Of a stretch of 53,406 bases of DNA, positions 48,576 to 53,406 are shown in pieces. This DNA comes from Thermoanaerobaculales bacterium (GTDB lineage: Bacteria; Acidobacteriota; Thermoanaerobaculia; Thermoanaerobaculales; Sulfomarinibacteraceae): assembly GCA_048061535.1 (NCBI GenBank), contig JBGMRN010000001.1, forward strand, positions 12,703 to 66,108, in the 5' to 3' direction. Every line of letters begins with the position of its first letter. Position 1 is the first letter of the stretch. Below the pieces are notes generated by a model. The model had not been told where the DNA came from, did not search any database, and saw only the letters and a list, made by a program, of their open reading frames with translations. The position numbers and the translations under genes are program-made.

Positions 48576-48581
48576 AGGCGG

Positions 48582-48989
48582 TCAAACAACATCGCCACCC
48601 GCGACCTGAATCCTGGTCTCGGCCAGGCGAACGGCTGCGGTCAGGTCGTCGAATTCCTCTGCGGAAGCCGTCTTGAGCGCCTCCTCCGTCTCGGCGAGAG
48701 CGACTCGCGCCGCCTCGACGTCGATCTCATCGGGAAGCTCGGCGATCATCGCGAGCACCGTCACCTTGCTCGACAGAACCTCGGCGAAACCGCCCTGCAG
48801 TGCCAGTCCGCCGGTTTCGGAACCGTTGAGCCAGCTCAGCTGCCCGGTCCCGAGCGAGGTGAGCAACGGCGTATGGCCGGGAAGCACACCGAGTTCGCCC
48901 ACCACCCCGGGGATACGCACTTCATCGGCCTCCTGGACAAGGACGCGACGCCCCGGGGTAACCACCTCGAGACTCAGGCGCTCGGCCAT
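48582..48989 (-). CDS. atpC: F0F1 ATP synthase subunit epsilon
   Basis: Position after atpD and the typical N-terminal beta-sandwich sequence (LEVVTPGRRV...GVLPGHTPLLT). Confidence 0.92.
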   Translation of the reverse strand: MAERLSLEVVTPGRRVLVQEADEVRIPGVVGELGVLPGHTPLLTSLGTGQLSWLNGSETGGLALQGGFAEVLSSKVTVLAMIAELPDEIDVEAARVALAETEEALKTASAEEFDDLTAAVRLAETRIQVAGGDVV

Positions 48990-48990
48990 C

Positions 48991-50451
<1,461 letters not shown>

Positions 50452-51318
50452 CTATCCCTCAAGCGCCTGTGCGCCGGAGACGATCTCGATCAATTCCTTC
50501 GTGATGGCGGCCTGGCGAGTACGGTTGAACAGCATGGTCAGGCTGTCGATCATCTCGCCGGCGTTGCGGGTGGCCGCCTCCATCGACGTCATGCGCGAAG
50601 CCTGCTCGGCAGCCGCCGAATCGTACATGGCGCGCAGCACCTGGGTCTGAACGTGCCGCGGAAGAAGTTCGGCAAGAAGTGTCTCCGCGTTCGGTTCGTA
50701 AATGTAGTCGACCGGGGGGGCGCCCTCTTCTCCGTCGATCGGCGGTGGTTCGATCGGCAGCAACCTCTCGGTCGTGATTTCGTGCCGAATCAGGTTGACG
50801 AACCGGTTGAATATCAAGAAAACCGAATCGACCTGACCGGAGGTGAATGCCTTGACGAACATCTCCCCGAGCCGGTGTCCATCCTCGGCAGTTAGCTTCG
50901 ACATCGTTTCGCGCTCGTCATGTGCAACAGCCCAGCCTCGCGAGGCAAAATGATCCGAGGCCTTGCGGCCGAGGAGGACCAACTCGACGTCCGCCCACCG
51001 CCCCGAGCCGAGCTCGGTTTCAACCTGGCGCAGCAGATTGGCGTTGAAGGACCCGCACAGCCCCTTGTCCGAGGAGATAACCACCACCCACGAACGGTCT
51101 CCGTCGCGTCGCTCCAGCAGCGGATGGCTGAACTCGGTGCGCGATGCGAGACTGGCCAGGACCCGTGACAGGGTGTCCGCCCATGGCCGGGCGTCGGTGA
51201 TCGCCGCCTGCGCGCGGCGCAACTTGGCCGCCGCCACCATCTTCATGGCCTTGGTGATCTGCTGGGTGCTCTTGACCGAGCGGATCCGGCGCTTGAGGTC
51301 GTTAGTGTTTGGCAACAC
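50452..51318 (-). CDS. atpG: F0F1 ATP synthase subunit gamma
   Basis: [30 protein letters not shown] signature. GTG at 51318 or TTG at 51315, overlapping the end of atpA. Confidence 0.92.
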   Translation of the reverse strand: MLPNTNDLKRRIRSVKSTQQITKAMKMVAAAKLRRAQAAITDARPWADTLSRVLASLASRTEFSHPLLERRDGDRSWVVVISSDKGLCGSFNANLLRQVETELGSGRWADVELVLLGRKASDHFASRGWAVAHDERETMSKLTAEDGHRLGEMFVKAFTSGQVDSVFLIFNRFVNLIRHEITTERLLPIEPPPIDGEEGAPPVDYIYEPNAETLLAELLPRHVQTQVLRAMYDSAAAEQASRMTSMEAATRNAGEMIDSLTMLFNRTRQAAITKELIEIVSGAQALEG

Positions 51319-52840
51319 TCGCCTCCGGGTGCTCCTTGAGGAAGCTGTCGGCGGCGCCTGAGATAAGCGTGGACAACTCCTGGGCGGTTTGGTCGTCGAT
51401 GACACCCGAGCTTACGATGCGTTTGAGGGTGTCGTCGCCCTCCTCGCGGGCAACCCGATGCAGGCGGGGCTCGAAGGCGCCGATGGCGGAGACCTTCAGC
51501 CGGTCGAGGAATCCTTTCGCGCCCGCGAAGATCGAGACGATCTGCAGCTCCACGGGCACCGGTGCGTGCTGCCCCTGTTTGAGGATCTCCATCAACCGTT
51601 CGCCACGGGCGAGCTGGTGTTGGGTGGTCTTGTCGAGGTCGGAACCGAACTGTGCAAACGCGGCGAGCTCACGATACTGCGCGAGATCGAGCCGCAGCGA
51701 GCCCGCAATCGACTTCATCGCCTTGATCTGGGCGTTACCTCCGACCCGACTCACCGACAGTCCGACGTTGACCGCCGGCCGCTGGCCGGCGTAGAAGAGG
51801 TCGGTTTCGAGGTAAATCTGACCATCGGTGATCGAAATAACGTTGGTGGGAATGTAGGCAGAGACATCACCCATCTGGGTCTCGATCACCGGCAGGGCGG
51901 TGAGACTGCCTCCTCCTTCGTCATCGTTGAGCTTCGCCGCCCGCTCGAGGAGCCGCGAGTGCAAATAGAACACGTCTCCAGGGTACGCTTCGCGCCCGGG
52001 CGGCCGGCGCAGCAGGAGCGAGATCTCCCGGTAGGCCTGGGCATGTTTGGTGAGATCGTCATAAAAACACACCGCATGGCCGCTGTTGTAAAGGAAGTAC
52101 TCGCCGAGGGCGCAGCCCGCATAGGGGGCCAGATACTGGAGGGGGGCGGGCTCGGACGCGGTCGCTGCAACCACAATCGTGTGGTCCATGGCGCCATACT
52201 TATCGAGGGTCGTCACCACCTGCGCCACAGTCGAGGCCTTCTGGCCGATGGCGACGTAGATGCAGATATTTCCGGTCCCTTTTTGGTTGATGATCGTATC
52301 GAGGATCACCGCGGTCTTGCCGGTCTGGCGGTCACCGATGATCAGCTCGCGTTGTCCGCGACCGATGGGAATCATGGCGTCGATGGCCATGATCCCGGTT
52401 TGCATCGGTTCTTTCACCGGCTGCCTCGCCACCACACCGGGGGCAATTCGTTCGAGAGGATACCGTTCGCTGGAATCGACCGGGCCCTTGCCGTCGAGAG
52501 GACGACCCAACGGATCCACGACCCGGCCCACGAGCCCGGGACCGGCCGGTATGTCGAGGATGCGCTTTGTTCGCCGCACCTCGTCACCCTCTTGGACCAG
52601 ATGGACCTCACCCATGAGAACACAACCCACGTTGTCGTCCTCGAGGTTGAGGGCGAGTCCGTAGACCTCGCGGGGAAACTCCAGGAGCTCACCCGCCATC
52701 ACACCGTCAAGCCCGTAGACTCGCGCGATGCCGTCGCCCACGGAGATCACAGTTCCTACCTCGGACATGTCGATCGTGATTTCTACGTCTTCGATTTGGC
52801 GGCGGATGATGTCCGCGATTTCAGCGGCTTTGATTTGCAT
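51302..52840 (-). CDS. atpA: F0F1 ATP synthase subunit alpha
   Basis: Walker A GDRQTGKT and full-length alpha-subunit similarity. Confidence 0.98.
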   Translation of the reverse strand: MQIKAAEIADIIRRQIEDVEITIDMSEVGTVISVGDGIARVYGLDGVMAGELLEFPREVYGLALNLEDDNVGCVLMGEVHLVQEGDEVRRTKRILDIPAGPGLVGRVVDPLGRPLDGKGPVDSSERYPLERIAPGVVARQPVKEPMQTGIMAIDAMIPIGRGQRELIIGDRQTGKTAVILDTIINQKGTGNICIYVAIGQKASTVAQVVTTLDKYGAMDHTIVVAATASEPAPLQYLAPYAGCALGEYFLYNSGHAVCFYDDLTKHAQAYREISLLLRRPPGREAYPGDVFYLHSRLLERAAKLNDDEGGGSLTALPVIETQMGDVSAYIPTNVISITDGQIYLETDLFYAGQRPAVNVGLSVSRVGGNAQIKAMKSIAGSLRLDLAQYRELAAFAQFGSDLDKTTQHQLARGERLMEILKQGQHAPVPVELQIVSIFAGAKGFLDRLKVSAIGAFEPRLHRVAREEGDDTLKRIVSSGVIDDQTAQELSTLISGAADSFLKEHPEASVAKH

Positions 52841-52843
52841 GTT

Positions 52844-53395
52844 CTACCCCTGTTCGATATCGATCCGGCGGCTCAAACGATCGAGCTCGCCGGCCAGCGA
52901 TCCGTCAAAGACCCTCGAGCCCACCTGAAAGCGAAAGCCGGCGATAAGCTCCGGTTTGGTAACAAAATCGGCCACGATCACGAAGTCTTCCACCGCCGAG
53001 ATCGCTTGAATCAGCTGTTGCCTTGGCTGATCGTCAAGAACGGCGGCGGTCTCCACCTTGGCTCGGGTGCGGCCGAGAAGCTGATCAACCAACTGCCGGT
53101 ATGTGGCGGCTATGTCCGCCATGTGCTGCATGCGGTAGTGGTGCTGCACGACGTGCAGGAAGCGGCGAACCGGCTCACGTATTTCGAGAGCGTCCATCAC
53201 TCGGTCGAGGATTTCAGTCTTTGTCTCGACGGCTACCGTCGGCATGACCAGCACACGATGCAGCTCGGGAACCGATCCCAGGGCGGAAGCCATCTTCTCC
53301 AGGTCCGCCACCACCGCCTCGGATCGGTCGGTGTCTTGGTTATTTATGACCTGAAAGAGAGCTTTGGCATATGGGCGGGCTCGAAACCGGGCCAT
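52844..53395 (-). CDS. atpH: F0F1 ATP synthase subunit delta (OSCP)
   Basis: YAKALFQV N-terminus. AAGGAG lies 5 nt before the ATG at 53395. Confidence 0.88.
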   Translation of the reverse strand: MARFRARPYAKALFQVINNQDTDRSEAVVADLEKMASALGSVPELHRVLVMPTVAVETKTEILDRVMDALEIREPVRRFLHVVQHHYRMQHMADIAATYRQLVDQLLGRTRAKVETAAVLDDQPRQQLIQAISAVEDFVIVADFVTKPELIAGFRFQVGSRVFDGSLAGELDRLSRRIDIEQG

Positions 53396-53406
53396 TTTCA
53401 CTCCTT

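Noticed and set aside
48358-48581. A riboswitch or structured leader upstream of the SNF amino-acid/Na+ symporter.
   Set aside because: I recognise no known riboswitch consensus (for example glycine). The structured part is explained by homology to the dispersed MITE family, copy C1.

Overview
GC-rich bacterial chromosomal window, densely packed with about 55 mostly housekeeping CDS and 3 tRNAs. The gene content (futalosine-type menaquinone enzyme, PSP1, MglA-like GTPase, PATAN/DUF4388, Hfq-like protein) fits an Acidobacteriota- or Myxococcota-like lineage, but phylum cannot be fixed from sequence alone. Recognisable blocks: fur(partial)/tyrS; ferritin; purE-purD-pta; cysK; ruvAB-ppiD; FecR-like-mreBCD-mrdA-rodA-rng; rho-engB; tRNA-Lys/tRNA-Leu-tig-clpP-clpX-lon; ECF sigma/anti-sigma next to an RsbW/RsbV-like pair; cutA-lexA; tRNA-Pro; SNF transporter; atpHAGDC. 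There are no rRNA genes, CRISPR arrays, transposases or obvious defence genes. Two things stand out. (1) A family of about 160-200 bp MITE-like elements occupies at least seven intergenic regions. They share termini (TA)GCCCGC-N3-TCTCACCA ... TGGTGAGA-N3-GCGGGC(TA) but carry different cores. The two most intact copies have 4-bp direct duplications (TTAG, CTAG). Five element ends coincide exactly with the TAG stop codons of flanking genes, and one end contains the apparent start codon of the SNF transporter. (2) A 727-aa protein fuses an MglA-type small GTPase domain to GAF, HisKA and HATPase_c domains. Its H-box phospho-acceptor His is replaced by Ser, and it lies convergent to a PATAN/DUF4388 gene. 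All calls come from reading the sequence and ORF translations by eye; no searches were run.
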